Assembly: GCA_963667845.2 (NCBI GenBank)
Contig: CAXXVL010000002.1
Span: forward strand, 512,001-576,000
From: Smithellaceae bacterium
Lineage (GTDB): Bacteria > Desulfobacterota > Syntrophia > Syntrophales > Smithellaceae
DNA length: 64,000 bases
Direction of reading: 5' to 3'
Under the pieces are notes generated by a model that made no database searches, was not told where the DNA came from, and was given only the letters and a program-made list of their open reading frames with translations. Of this stretch, positions 51,572-61,602 are shown one piece after another (within the stretch, counting starts at the first letter, position 1; each line of letters starts with the position of its first letter). Position numbers and translations under genes: made by a program.

Positions 51572-51912
51572 AGAGCTTTTGTTTCCTTTTTAAGGTCAAG
51601 AGGTGAGAAAGCATGCGCGACGATAAGATCGCGTATTTTACCATTGGATTTATCAAGCTGAAGGCGGACTTGATGATCTATGAGTGAGTTAGCAAAATCT
51701 TTCATATCTTCACTGATATCCATAGCCCTGTCTTTCGCTTCAAAGATAATAATCACCGTAGCGTCAGTGCTGGGGGTTATTAGGATATGGTAGCTGCCTG
51801 AATATTTATAAGTAGCCGCGTGAATTGCTTCGAGGCTGTAAACACTGGTGTTAACGGTTATGTTGCTCCGTCTGGAATCGGATTGACAAATGAAATCTGA
51901 TATTGCTTGCAT
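51568..51912 (-). CDS. hxsD: His-Xaa-Ser system protein HxsD
   Basis: VYSLEAI..ATYKY and FANSLIDHQVR....IRDLIVAHAF; overlaps the hxsB start. Confidence 0.8.
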   Translation of the reverse strand: MQAISDFICQSDSRRSNITVNTSVYSLEAIHAATYKYSGSYHILITPSTDATVIIIFEAKDRAMDISEDMKDFANSLIDHQVRLQLDKSNGKIRDLIVAHAFSPLDLKKETKAL

Positions 51913-51924
51913 ACCTTGCCTCTA

Positions 51925-52230
51925 TTATTCGTTTTTTCTTGTGATGCACTCATTACATTGGTTTAATTGCCGGTGATATTCTTCGCAACCCTCATTAAAG
52001 GAGTCTGAATTACCATCACAGGCTCCTCCATTTTCCATTGCCCAATTAAAGCCTGCATCATGCCCACCACCGTCATTGTATGGATTATGAGGCTGAATAC
52101 ATGCTTGAATATTTCTTGAAGTTACCTCGCCCGAATCCGAACTTGATGAGCCCTTCTCACAGCCACAAAAGAAAATAGTCAAAACAAAAACAACAAACAA
52201 CAAATCAGACACTTTGAATCTTGTTGTCAC
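51925..52230 (-). CDS. Small Cys-rich lipoprotein
   Basis: Lipobox FCGC; GHDAGFNWA, SDSFNEGC; 12 bp upstream of hxsD. Confidence 0.65.
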   Translation of the reverse strand: MTTRFKVSDLLFVVFVLTIFFCGCEKGSSSSDSGEVTSRNIQACIQPHNPYNDGGGHDAGFNWAMENGGACDGNSDSFNEGCEEYHRQLNQCNECITRKNE

Positions 52231-52803
52231 TTCATCCCCTCTTTCAATTATTTTTATGGCTTTTATGGCAAAATGCAGATCTGAGGAAAAACATACCCTC
52301 GATTATTTTGAATATCAACAATTTTGTCTTAGTATTTAATGTTAACTTTCACTAACAATCCAAAATGATATTTAAGATTCAAAATACAGGAAATAAATTT
52401 AACTTGTGATAACTTATTATAATTAAAGAAATTATTTCAATGATATTAAGTTTCATATAAAAGTTAATATTAGACCATGAGACCATGAGCTGTGTAAGCT
52501 TAAGATCGATAGCACATGGCACAGCATATTTCATATTGGAATAAATTGAATCAAAGAATGTATTATTACCATAGAAGGTTTATTTCCGCGTGTTATCGCA
52601 CTAGATAGATTGTATAAATTTTACGGCCATCATCTTTAATCCATGCTCTATGATACGCGAAAAGCCTGGAATATGCACTTAACTGATATTATATGACAAT
52701 TATCTTGACTAATAAATTGCGTTCATTTAAACACTTACGTGAAACGGATAGATCATCAAATCATAATAAGTGAATTTTGTATATTAATTGTCAGGCATCC
52801 CCT

Positions 52804-53574
52804 ATGACAGAACTTACAAAAGTCAAACAGCGGCTTCAAGCTATCACACAAAATTTTGATAGTAACGCAGATCTGGTATCTAATTTAATGAGCTTTGATC
52901 GTATCATCCTCGATCTATGTATCAACAATCTCGAAACATTAGATGCAAAGCTCCGTATAAAACAGAATATAAGCAATCCTATCTATCTTCCTACCAAAAC
53001 CATTTCCTTGCTCAAGAACATCCGAACAAACGACTCACTTAGATCGCAATACGAAACAATATTCAATCAAGCCTTAGTTCTCCTTGTCTCCCATTTCAGT
53101 TCTGCACTGCATGACATGTTTAAGACTTCTCTCAAGATGTTTCTTGACAAAAGTTCAGAGCCAAAGATCCTTAAAGAGGAAATCAAGGTGTCTCTTGAGG
53201 AACTAAAAGAAAAGAACTACGATTTATCAGAGGACATTGCGAATGTCGTTATAGCGAAAAAGGACTATAGCTTCCAAGATATGCAGAGTACCAAGAAAGC
53301 ATTCGAAGAATGTTTTAGCTACTCTCCCGAAAAGACAATGGACGTCAACAACATCATATTAGCACAGGCCGCACGACACATTATCGTACATTCCAGCGCA
53401 ATAGCTGACAAACGCTTTCTGCGACAGATTTCGGGCGCAGTTCCAAGGTCCATAAAACAGACTGTGCAGCAGGAAACACAGATAAGCTTCAATCCAACCG
53501 AGGTCGAGATCATATCGGCAAGCATGAAAATTTATCTGGGAAATGTAATGAATGCACTAGTAAATAGGCTCTAA
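52804..53574 (+). CDS. Putative HEPN-domain protein
   Basis: SFQD motif and RHIIVH (Rx4H) in a helical protein. Confidence 0.55.
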   Translation: MTELTKVKQRLQAITQNFDSNADLVSNLMSFDRIILDLCINNLETLDAKLRIKQNISNPIYLPTKTISLLKNIRTNDSLRSQYETIFNQALVLLVSHFSSALHDMFKTSLKMFLDKSSEPKILKEEIKVSLEELKEKNYDLSEDIANVVIAKKDYSFQDMQSTKKAFEECFSYSPEKTMDVNNIILAQAARHIIVHSSAIADKRFLRQISGAVPRSIKQTVQQETQISFNPTEVEIISASMKIYLGNVMNALVNRL

Positions 53575-53617
53575 TATATAGATAAAAACATACTAGCTTG
53601 CATCTGGCAATAATATT

Positions 53618-54673
53618 GTGAATGACATAAAGAATAAATTTATCAACCTTAAGGTCACTTTTAGAAAAAAATACTGGCCTGATCCAGTATGGAGCAAAGT
53701 AATATCTGCTGGCATTATTGCTATTCTTGGTTTTATATTCTTAAATTTATATGCAGGGCTTACTAGTGTTATTAGCAATGTCCCTTTTAAGTCAGTGGTC
53801 ATTCAGATGGTTGACTACTTCAAATTATCAACAGAAGTTAACAATTTATTCTTTTGGTTTTTAATCTTAATACTTGTCGTTGCCTTATTCAGTTTTTTTT
53901 GGTCATTTATAATTGCTATTATTTCAAAAATAAAATCATACAAGCTTGGTGCCGACGATATTGAAAAACAAGCTAAGCAACCGCCAATAGCTGGATCGCC
54001 TTCGGATTTTTTTTCAAGCAGACTTGCCGAAGCATTTCCAGGGCAGCGTGGGCTTTCGTGGTATGAACCGAAAATAGCTGTTCAGCGATTAAGAATATTA
54101 TTTCGGGAGCCTTTGAAATGCAGGATTATCGGACAAGAGGGAGTATGTGAACCCATTTGGTGGTTTAGGGGTGGAAGCGATCTGTCAATAAATAGATTCG
54201 ATGTGCTTTCTAAAACAAAAATCCTTCTTGGCACAAAAGAATTAGAACTTAAAAGTATTGCAGTCTATGTAAACTCTTCAGGTTATAAGTCATTCATATA
54301 TTTAGAAGTAAAATCAGAAAAACAAACCGGGCTATACAATCTGACGCAGATACAAATAGACAACCATATAAAAGAATTTGGCTATAGCTGGGAAGAATAT
54401 GGGCTCTTAAACAATAAACCAATAAGCAGAGCAGAGTACGATGATGGTTCAGCTGTAATAAAAGACAAAGTCGTGGATGCTTCAAAGGCTGAATTAAGAG
54501 AAAGATTTCTGTCCAACTATAATTTAGTTATTGCCGCTCATGGGTCAGCATATAGCTCGAATAAGTTTTTAAAAGAAACCGAAAAGATGTTCAACGACTT
54601 ACTAACCGGTAAAATGACAGCAGAAATTTTTTTTAAATATTTAGAAACATTAAAGAGAGAAAGATTTTACTGA
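53618..54673 (+). CDS. Membrane-anchored hypothetical protein (cassette-like)
   Basis: Two N-terminal TM helices; followed by an attC-like site. Confidence 0.6.
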   Translation: MNDIKNKFINLKVTFRKKYWPDPVWSKVISAGIIAILGFIFLNLYAGLTSVISNVPFKSVVIQMVDYFKLSTEVNNLFFWFLILILVVALFSFFWSFIIAIISKIKSYKLGADDIEKQAKQPPIAGSPSDFFSSRLAEAFPGQRGLSWYEPKIAVQRLRILFREPLKCRIIGQEGVCEPIWWFRGGSDLSINRFDVLSKTKILLGTKELELKSIAVYVNSSGYKSFIYLEVKSEKQTGLYNLTQIQIDNHIKEFGYSWEEYGLLNNKPISRAEYDDGSAVIKDKVVDASKAELRERFLSNYNLVIAAHGSAYSSNKFLKETEKMFNDLLTGKMTAEIFFKYLETLKRERFY

Positions 54674-54682
54674 AATCAATAA

Positions 54683-54737
54683 GCATAACCGATTGTTTCA
54701 CCCGATCGCTACGCTCCAGGTGAACTTTTCGTTATTT
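54683..54737 (+). repeat. attC-like site A
   Basis: gcataac...gtttcacc/ggtgaac...gttattt; 55 bp. Confidence 0.7.
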
Positions 54738-54756
54738 TTAAGAGGAGAATGCTGAA

Positions 54757-55215
54757 ATGAACTATTGGCGAATGCAGTTACATCCTAATGAAGCAGGAAG
54801 TGCAGCCTATTATGCGTCACAAAGTTTGTCAGCTGGTTTTATTGGGTTGGATTTTGCAGCAGCTGTCGGAGACCTGCTTGCAGAGGAGCATCAAAACATC
54901 CTGAATACTCAAAAGGACTACGTGGCTTTTGCCAAAGATATGAAGAAGGATGACAAGGTCCTTATAATTGTGCATCATTTTCCATTCGCCGTTGTAACTG
55001 TAAATGGGGATTACAATTATATTAGAAGACGAGAGATAGAATTGGGTGTTTGGTTTAGGCACTTCAGAAGAGTTAAGGACGTTCTCTATTTTGCAGACTT
55101 TAACACAAATGCAAGATCATGGGAGCAGTATATCATGACTGATGCCATTTCACCCTTGCATGATCCAAACTCCAAGTCTTTTAAGCTTATAGAAGAAATG
55201 ACAAAAAGAACATAA
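54757..55215 (+). CDS. Hypothetical cassette protein (EVE/McrB-N-like)
   Basis: MNYWRM..., FAKDMKKDDKVLI, GDYNY, FRHFRRV; flanked by attC-like sites. Confidence 0.55.
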   Translation: MNYWRMQLHPNEAGSAAYYASQSLSAGFIGLDFAAAVGDLLAEEHQNILNTQKDYVAFAKDMKKDDKVLIIVHHFPFAVVTVNGDYNYIRRREIELGVWFRHFRRVKDVLYFADFNTNARSWEQYIMTDAISPLHDPNSKSFKLIEEMTKRT

Positions 55216-55265
55216 CAAAGGCCATGCAGCCGATCTATACGCTCCGGTTCATTACTTCGTTTAAC
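55210..55265 (+). repeat. attC-like site D (degenerate)
   Basis: acataac...atgcagccgatc...acgctccgg...gtttaac; contains the upstream stop codon. Confidence 0.5.
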
Positions 55266-55741
55266 CTTATAACCGGTAATCGTCAACCGTCTTTATTCCA
55301 CGAAAGTGTGGACTCGTGTGTTTGCTGTATAAATTTGATAACCGCACACAATAATCCGCTTTAATATAATAATTAAATATTAAGTTTTAGGTAAAACTTA
55401 ATATTTAATGAGATTGGGCTTTAGAAAGTGATGAAGAAAGACAACACATTTAAATCCTCTTTAGCCTCGGTTCATATCATATTGGGTTTGAGCGAGATCG
55501 CTTGTCCTGCTTGATTTTGCAAGAAATCCCATAGGGTTTATTGCTGCGCTAGCCATAGCTTATTGGATGACAGAACTATATTGTCTATAATGCATTGATG
55601 GATGTTAAATCGTAGTTCATCGTAATTCTTGTTCTTTCGTTCTACAATTTTATGATACATTACAATCAGTAATTGCTGTGTGATCCTCATTCATGAAGGC
55701 CCGCGTCGTATTCAATATTAAATTTGTGAAGAGAGGGAAAA

Positions 55742-56281
55742 ATGATTTCTCAAAATAATTCGGATTTTAATAGCATTTTAGATGCTGCTGAAAATGGGAA
55801 TGCTGTCGCTCAATATGACCTTTGCTGTATGTATATGGGAGGCAAGAAAGTTGATAAAGATTACAGCATGGCATTTAAGTGGTGCAGCAAAGCGGCGGAG
55901 CAGGGGCACGCTGATGCACAATTATTACTTGGTGCTTTTTATTTTCAAGGCAAAGCAGTTGACCGGGATCGTAGAGAGGCAATTAAATGGTTCAAGAAAT
56001 CAGCTGAGCAAGGACAAGTGCGGGGGCAATTCCTAACGGGGATTGCTTATTTTGGCGGCAGTGTAATTGAAAAAGATCATGATGAAGCAACAAGGTGGTT
56101 CCTGAAAGCTGCCGAACAAGACCATGCTAAGTCACAATATTATTTGGGTCTCATATATTCTGACAAGGATTGTCGCGAGGCAGCAAAATGGTTCACAAGG
56201 GCCGCAGAGCAGGGGAATAAGGACGCCATAAAGCTTATAAGCGAGGTAGCCTCTTTGAGCGCAACCTCCGTTACAGAATGA
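55742..56281 (+). CDS. Sel1-repeat protein
   Basis: Four repeats of AQ..LG..Y..G....D...A..W..KAAEQG. Confidence 0.92.
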   Translation: MISQNNSDFNSILDAAENGNAVAQYDLCCMYMGGKKVDKDYSMAFKWCSKAAEQGHADAQLLLGAFYFQGKAVDRDRREAIKWFKKSAEQGQVRGQFLTGIAYFGGSVIEKDHDEATRWFLKAAEQDHAKSQYYLGLIYSDKDCREAAKWFTRAAEQGNKDAIKLISEVASLSATSVTE

Positions 56282-56438
56282 AAAATTCAGCGAGTGACTT
56301 TATTTAATAAATTGTGAAACGTTGTAAAGGATTCTAATAAATTAATCAATAGCACGCATTGTTATTTTAATACCCTTGATAAGACCGTATAAAGTTTTAA
56401 AATGTAAAATAGCGAGACAATTTATTTGTTGGAAATAA

Positions 56439-57209
56439 TTAATGATAATTATTTAATCCGGGATAATCCAAAGTATAATCAAATTTGGCTTCTTCATTAA
56501 ATTCAGATTCACGACCAAGTATTATCTGCTGGCAGGATTGTTTTCTCAGAAAAGTATTGATGCCATGCCTAAAGTTTGAGTCAAACCTTGCATAGGGAGC
56601 ATCAAATACGGCCGGGAGGTCGAGGTTCAATTCTTTGCGAACTGCAAACCAATAAGCGTATCCAAGACAGATTCGTTCATCGCCGGACATAATATCAGGG
56701 TTTATATCTTCATGGGTATTTCTTTTCCGGGATAGCATCTCATGGAATAATGCGCATGCCTCATCTTTAACGGTTTCCAACTCCCGATGACTGAGCATAT
56801 CTAAAAACGGAGCTTCTTGGTCGAATGTCAATAATTCTAGGAATTCGTCGTCAAAAAAAATGAGTCGGTTATATTCTTTAATGAGATTACGATTACCTTC
56901 TGTTATAACCGTAGCGGCCATTTCAGAGCTTTTTAATTGAGAATTCGGCTTCGTTCCTTTGACTGGGCCGAGGCTTGCAAGAGCATTTGCGATGGTACTT
57001 TTTCCGGTGCCGCCGGTACCAACAATGATAGTGCGATGGCGGTTAAAATCGAATTCATTTGCACCTCGAAAAACGCCGTAATCATTGAGATGCAATTTTA
57101 CGAAATGAACAAAATTAGATAGAGATTCAACATGACCTTCTTGAATTTGTTTCGTCAGTCCACTGCATATTATGGTTTTTTTCTTTGTTTTAATCATCAA
57201 TGTTTGCAA
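56439..57209 (-). CDS. Compact ABC/SMC-like ATPase
   Basis: Walker A GTGGTGKST, signature MSGDER, Walker B/D-loop VFDAPYARFD; no coiled coil. Confidence 0.6.
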   Translation of the reverse strand: MQTLMIKTKKKTIICSGLTKQIQEGHVESLSNFVHFVKLHLNDYGVFRGANEFDFNRHRTIIVGTGGTGKSTIANALASLGPVKGTKPNSQLKSSEMAATVITEGNRNLIKEYNRLIFFDDEFLELLTFDQEAPFLDMLSHRELETVKDEACALFHEMLSRKRNTHEDINPDIMSGDERICLGYAYWFAVRKELNLDLPAVFDAPYARFDSNFRHGINTFLRKQSCQQIILGRESEFNEEAKFDYTLDYPGLNNYH

Positions 57210-58204
57210 AAGTATTCAACTTTATTTCCTTTAAAATAAGGGGTCTTCATACCGTTAATCGCGTCATTTGAAAATTTCAACTTCTGGCCAGTACATGGGA
57301 TACAACATTCGCTTAAGAGAAATTGCTCATCACCTTTGTTAATCAAAATATTCCATGAATAGCCGCAACTACCGCTAGATCCTTCGAATGTGTAAAGGAT
57401 ATCTTCTCTCCCGTCATTGTCGATGTCAAATCTTGCGACTTTAAATTGTTTTGCATATTCTGGTTCAATTTTGTCATGCTGAAGTATTATTTTTACTGTA
57501 GCATCAGAATTGGGAACGTCAATTAACTTCACTTCGCTTGGGTCTTTGCTAGATTTAGAATTATCATTGTCATGTTGTACTAAGGAGCAATCTTCCATTA
57601 GGACATTCATCATTAATCCCTTTACACGTCCTTGGATTGTGATGATATCTCCTTTGTTAAGTTGTGACACATTTGAAGAATATTTGTCATGAAAAAAACA
57701 CTGCGCCATTGGAATCTCAAATCGTTGTCCTGTTCCAAGCGTAACGTATATGCGATCGACTATGTCTTTTTTTATGTCACCCACTCTACCAGTTATTTGA
57801 ATTATTTTGCTTCTATATACTGAATCAGCGCGCACTTCATTTTCTTTGTAGTGGGCAAGCAAGGTCGCGAGAGAAACTTCCTCAGGTTCCATTTCTTTGT
57901 GCCTGGCCGGGTTTGCATCTCTTCTCGAAATCCTTACAATGTTGTCAATAACATTTTTCGCCCCACTATCATTTGGATTCATTACGAATGCTTTCTCAGA
58001 ATCATTAGCATTGCTTGAAGTGGGGGAAGAGGACAATTTTTCATTTTGCTGCGCCATATAATAAATGATCGGCAGCACAAAGATAACCAATAGAGCCGCC
58101 CATATTTGTCTTCCTAGTGTCCATAAATATACTCCGCAGTGAGGGCATTGTCTGACTGATGAAGCAACTGGATTTCCACAGGTCTTACATCTCTTGAGGG
58201 TCAT
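57197..58204 (-). CDS. Zinc-ribbon + TM + OB-fold (tRNA_anti-like) protein
   Basis: CKTCG...CPHCG, TM helix, YKENEVRAD..Y..K.I.ITG.V, LNKGDIITIQG. Confidence 0.7.
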   Translation of the reverse strand: MTLKRCKTCGNPVASSVRQCPHCGVYLWTLGRQIWAALLVIFVLPIIYYMAQQNEKLSSSPTSSNANDSEKAFVMNPNDSGAKNVIDNIVRISRRDANPARHKEMEPEEVSLATLLAHYKENEVRADSVYRSKIIQITGRVGDIKKDIVDRIYVTLGTGQRFEIPMAQCFFHDKYSSNVSQLNKGDIITIQGRVKGLMMNVLMEDCSLVQHDNDNSKSSKDPSEVKLIDVPNSDATVKIILQHDKIEPEYAKQFKVARFDIDNDGREDILYTFEGSSGSCGYSWNILINKGDEQFLLSECCIPCTGQKLKFSNDAINGMKTPYFKGNKVEYFCKH

Positions 58205-58392
58205 AGAATCATTCCTTTCCAGAAATATTGATGCTATGCTTCATTAAATGCAGATAACTGAATATCTATGTATCTGCATTTAATATGGATTGGTATAATA
58301 TAATATTTTTAAATATTAAAATACAATAAAATTGATATCTATAGTCTATAGACCAACATCCTCCTTAACTATAAAGTTTCACTGGAGGAATT

Positions 58393-58719
58393 GTGGAAGA
58401 TATCAAATTATCGATTGGAAAACGGATCAGAGCTTTAAGAAAACAAAGAGGTCTTTCTCAGGAAGAACTGGGCTGGAAGGCTGAATTGCATTTTACCTAT
58501 ATCGGCGCTGTTGAAAGGGGAGAAAAGAATTGCTCCATTATCAGTTTAGAAAAAATCGCGAAAGGCCTAGAGGTAGACATTAAGGATCTTTTCAATACGC
58601 CATTTCAAAGGACAGATATCAGTAAACTTAAAAAAGAGATCAGTAAAAAAATAACTTCATTATCTCTGCCAGAACTGGTAATTTTCAGAGAAATATTGAA
58701 GCTCATTGATAGCAAATAA
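58393..58719 (+). CDS. XRE-family HTH regulator (C-protein-like)
   Basis: IRALRKQRGLSQEELG...HFTYIGAVERGEKN.SI.SLEKIA. Confidence 0.9.
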   Translation: MEDIKLSIGKRIRALRKQRGLSQEELGWKAELHFTYIGAVERGEKNCSIISLEKIAKGLEVDIKDLFNTPFQRTDISKLKKEISKKITSLSLPELVIFREILKLIDSK

Positions 58720-58978
58720 AAAATTTAGAGCATTTTCTTTCATATTATCGGAACAATCACGCCATCTTTTCTTCCCCATCATTATACATGATCTTTTTCT
58801 TTTCAGCGATAAAAGCTATGGATGATCCCACTTCTTTGAAAAAACCATGCCTATATGAGCTTTTTTGGCGAAATAAGGATATTTATAGACGGCCTTTTAA
58901 TGATGCATATCCGCTAAATCCCGTTCTACCATCCGGCCATAATAATCTCTAATCTGTTAGCATGATTGTTGAGCAATT

Positions 58979-59293
58979 CTATTTCTTCGTGACAAGAAAA
59001 GGTTTTCTGTCATTCACCGCACAAAAACCTTCCTTAATTAATAGAGGAACGACATAGCTCAATGTTTGAGGAGAATACCCTTGCTTGAGCAGAGATTCCC
59101 CAATTGAATCCTTCGAGGGGTTGTCTCGGCAGGCTCCCATTAATACGGGGCTTCTTCTGGTGATCTCTGACTTTATTAGAGCAATACTGGCTTTTGATAT
59201 TTTAATATTCATTTTTTTGTGGATTATCAGTTCCTTATCCAGTGAGCCTTCATATTCGAAGTCTATGCCCATAAGCGTTCTTGATTGATTCAT
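58979..59293 (-). CDS. Hypothetical cassette-like protein
   Basis: Starts 22 bp after attC-like site B; SD ggag. Confidence 0.6.
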   Translation of the reverse strand: MNQSRTLMGIDFEYEGSLDKELIIHKKMNIKISKASIALIKSEITRRSPVLMGACRDNPSKDSIGESLLKQGYSPQTLSYVVPLLIKEGFCAVNDRKPFLVTKK

Positions 59294-59315
59294 TTATTGC
59301 TTCTCCATTCAATAT

Positions 59316-59370
59316 GCTTAACTACGACATCAGCCGGAGCGTAGCGATAGGCTGAAATCATTTTTTAGGC
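59316..59370 (-). repeat. attC-like site B
   Basis: Minus strand gcctaaa...atttcagcc-tatcgctacgctcc-ggctgat...gttaagc; 55 bp; overlaps the upstream stop codon. Confidence 0.65.
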
Positions 59371-60027
59371 TTCCTTTTCTTTTCTGAGCTCCTGAATAAT
59401 CTGTAATCTGCGTTCAAATCTCTCCATTGATATATCAACAGAGTCATGCTCAAGCCCTCTTAAATATGCCGAGGCCGAAAATACATGGATGTTCTTCCCA
59501 TTCGGATATCGATGGCGAGAAAAAGCTGCACCTGCTTTATTTGCGATATAGAACCAAAAACAACAAAGAGGAATCTGTTCATAATTATTATAGCCCTCAG
59601 GCTTCTTCATAGGCACTAGAACCTTGGCAACTCTTTCATGTAAAATACTTGTCTCTCCAAAATAATACTCCCATTGTTCTTTTCTATATTTTTCAATATC
59701 ATTTTCTGAGGCATTTAGTGGCAACTGGTTCTCACCAAATGAATAGGCAGCCCAATTTTTAACTTCTGCTTGATATAAAATCTTTTCTGTTGCGTTTTCG
59801 CACTTCAGCCAGCCATCTAATCGAGGACCCTTTTTCATTCCTGTGGTACAAGAATAAGATAGAATTTCTAGTGTCCCTTTTTCTGTGTTTTCCCAATAGT
59901 GCCTGAATAAACCGAAGAGCAAATCTTCACCTAGTAATGCTGTGATTGCTGAAACATCTGAACCACGTCCTTCCACGTTCAGGCGTTCATCATAAAACTG
60001 TATTAATTTCGTTCGGGATAGATTCAT
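59365..60027 (-). CDS. Putative PD-(D/E)XK nuclease (cassette-like)
   Basis: GEDL...RLDGWL...QAEVKNW matches the E..D..ExK arrangement. Confidence 0.55.
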   Translation of the reverse strand: MNLSRTKLIQFYDERLNVEGRGSDVSAITALLGEDLLFGLFRHYWENTEKGTLEILSYSCTTGMKKGPRLDGWLKCENATEKILYQAEVKNWAAYSFGENQLPLNASENDIEKYRKEQWEYYFGETSILHERVAKVLVPMKKPEGYNNYEQIPLCCFWFYIANKAGAAFSRHRYPNGKNIHVFSASAYLRGLEHDSVDISMERFERRLQIIQELRKEKEA

Positions 60028-60034
60028 AATTTAT

Positions 60035-60089
60035 GCCTAACGAAAGAGTCAGCAGGAGTTCGTCGATCGGCTGCATTTGACTAATTGGC
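60035..60089 (-). repeat. attC-like site C
   Basis: Minus strand gccaatt...atgcagccgatcg...tgctgac...gttaggc; 55 bp. Confidence 0.6.
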
Positions 60090-60927
60090 TTGGTTTTTTC
60101 CATTTGCAAGCATCTGTGCAAAGGGTACCTTCAAAAAGCTCTTGGTTTAAGATATTTAAAACATGAAGTGAATTAACGAATCCGCCGCAATATTCTGCTT
60201 CCAGTGCTATGGTTAGCCCGACTATCCTATTGAAAAATGGCCTTAGCAAAGGGCCATCAATACATAGCGTGGATTTAATCTCTTGATCGCTTACGAGACG
60301 CTCAGATCCAAGAACGGACCTAGCTCGTGGGTTTGATATCGAAAAGTAGTCAAGATCGATATCAAGGAATATCGGACAATCCGGAGGAAGATCCTTTAAT
60401 AATTTTTTCGCATCCTGATAGAACTTAACCTTGTGTATACGACCATTCCGATCTTTTTGTTGCAGCCTAGTGCGAAACGTCTTGAATGCGGCGGAATCCT
60501 CTCGACCATTCAATAATACATAAACATCCGAGAAGAAATCGAGATAAAGTGCAGGAAGAATGTGCCCGTCATTCAGGCTGGGAAGTCTAAGCCATGTAAA
60601 AAGTCCAAGCTCCAATCTGTTTTGAACATGAAGATTATCCAAATCATCTGGAACAACCTCACTTGGCACACCAACATCATCGTGAGCGTCAATAGTAATC
60701 AAGAGCGGTGAGGTTTTATTTTCGAGCGAGGAAAGACCCCAAAAATAAAAAGCAAACCGATGCTCATGGACAATTCCCACTATGCAACAACCATGATCTT
60801 GGCCTGGAAGAGAAACAAATGAAGACTCACAACCTGGCGGCATCAGCCACCCATTAATATCTTTAAGCCATTTTTCAATCCGTTTTCCGTCCATCTTTTC
60901 CTCAGTCAACGAAAAAATCACAACCAC
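60049..60927 (-). CDS. UPF0489-like protein
   Basis: VHEH, IDAHDD, FLDIDLDYF, TIALE..YCGG; start may be 60894. Confidence 0.65.
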   Translation of the reverse strand: MVVIFSLTEEKMDGKRIEKWLKDINGWLMPPGCESSFVSLPGQDHGCCIVGIVHEHRFAFYFWGLSSLENKTSPLLITIDAHDDVGVPSEVVPDDLDNLHVQNRLELGLFTWLRLPSLNDGHILPALYLDFFSDVYVLLNGREDSAAFKTFRTRLQQKDRNGRIHKVKFYQDAKKLLKDLPPDCPIFLDIDLDYFSISNPRARSVLGSERLVSDQEIKSTLCIDGPLLRPFFNRIVGLTIALEAEYCGGFVNSLHVLNILNQELFEGTLCTDACKWKKPSQLVKCSRSTNSC

Positions 60928-61602
60928 AAGGCAATCGATTGCATTGCTTTTTTAACTGCCTGATAAAATTTCCATTACCATATATATAGTCGTGATAGTC
61001 TGGCTAACAATAAATATGTGTCGTTTGGCTTTTTCTGAAATGCGCAATCATTTTACTCCTTTTGGAATAAGATGCAATGTGAAAGATCATCGTAAAGACA
61101 TCTTTATTGAAAAAAAAGCGCTGGCTTCACTATAACGAAGGCAAAAACCGAAGCAGGTTTTTTTTAGGGGGAATTTATTCGATGCAAAGAAAAGATTTTT
61201 GCTTTTCTTTTTTGAGCAAGACCTTATTATTAATTCCGAGATTCAATTTTCAAAAACCTGGCCTATTTAATCATTTTCAGCAAAAGATTGGATTCAATTG
61301 ATAGCCTTTGAATGATTTTTTAAAGGAAGGAAGTTCAAGTAATATTGATTGAGATCACTACTAGAAATCTATTTTCGACCATTCGTCAATTAACCATTTT
61401 AAAACATGAATCGCTTTTTTTACTGGAAAGAAAATTTCGTATCATCAATTAGGAAATATTCTCTTGATTATGGTCTCATGATTATTAAAACGGATTTACT
61501 GCCTTGCGATCTTCAAACTAGAGCATTCCAAAAATAATTATTCGATAATGAATAAGTAATATTAATATTCTAGAATGGATGATTATAAAGAAATATATAT
61601 TA

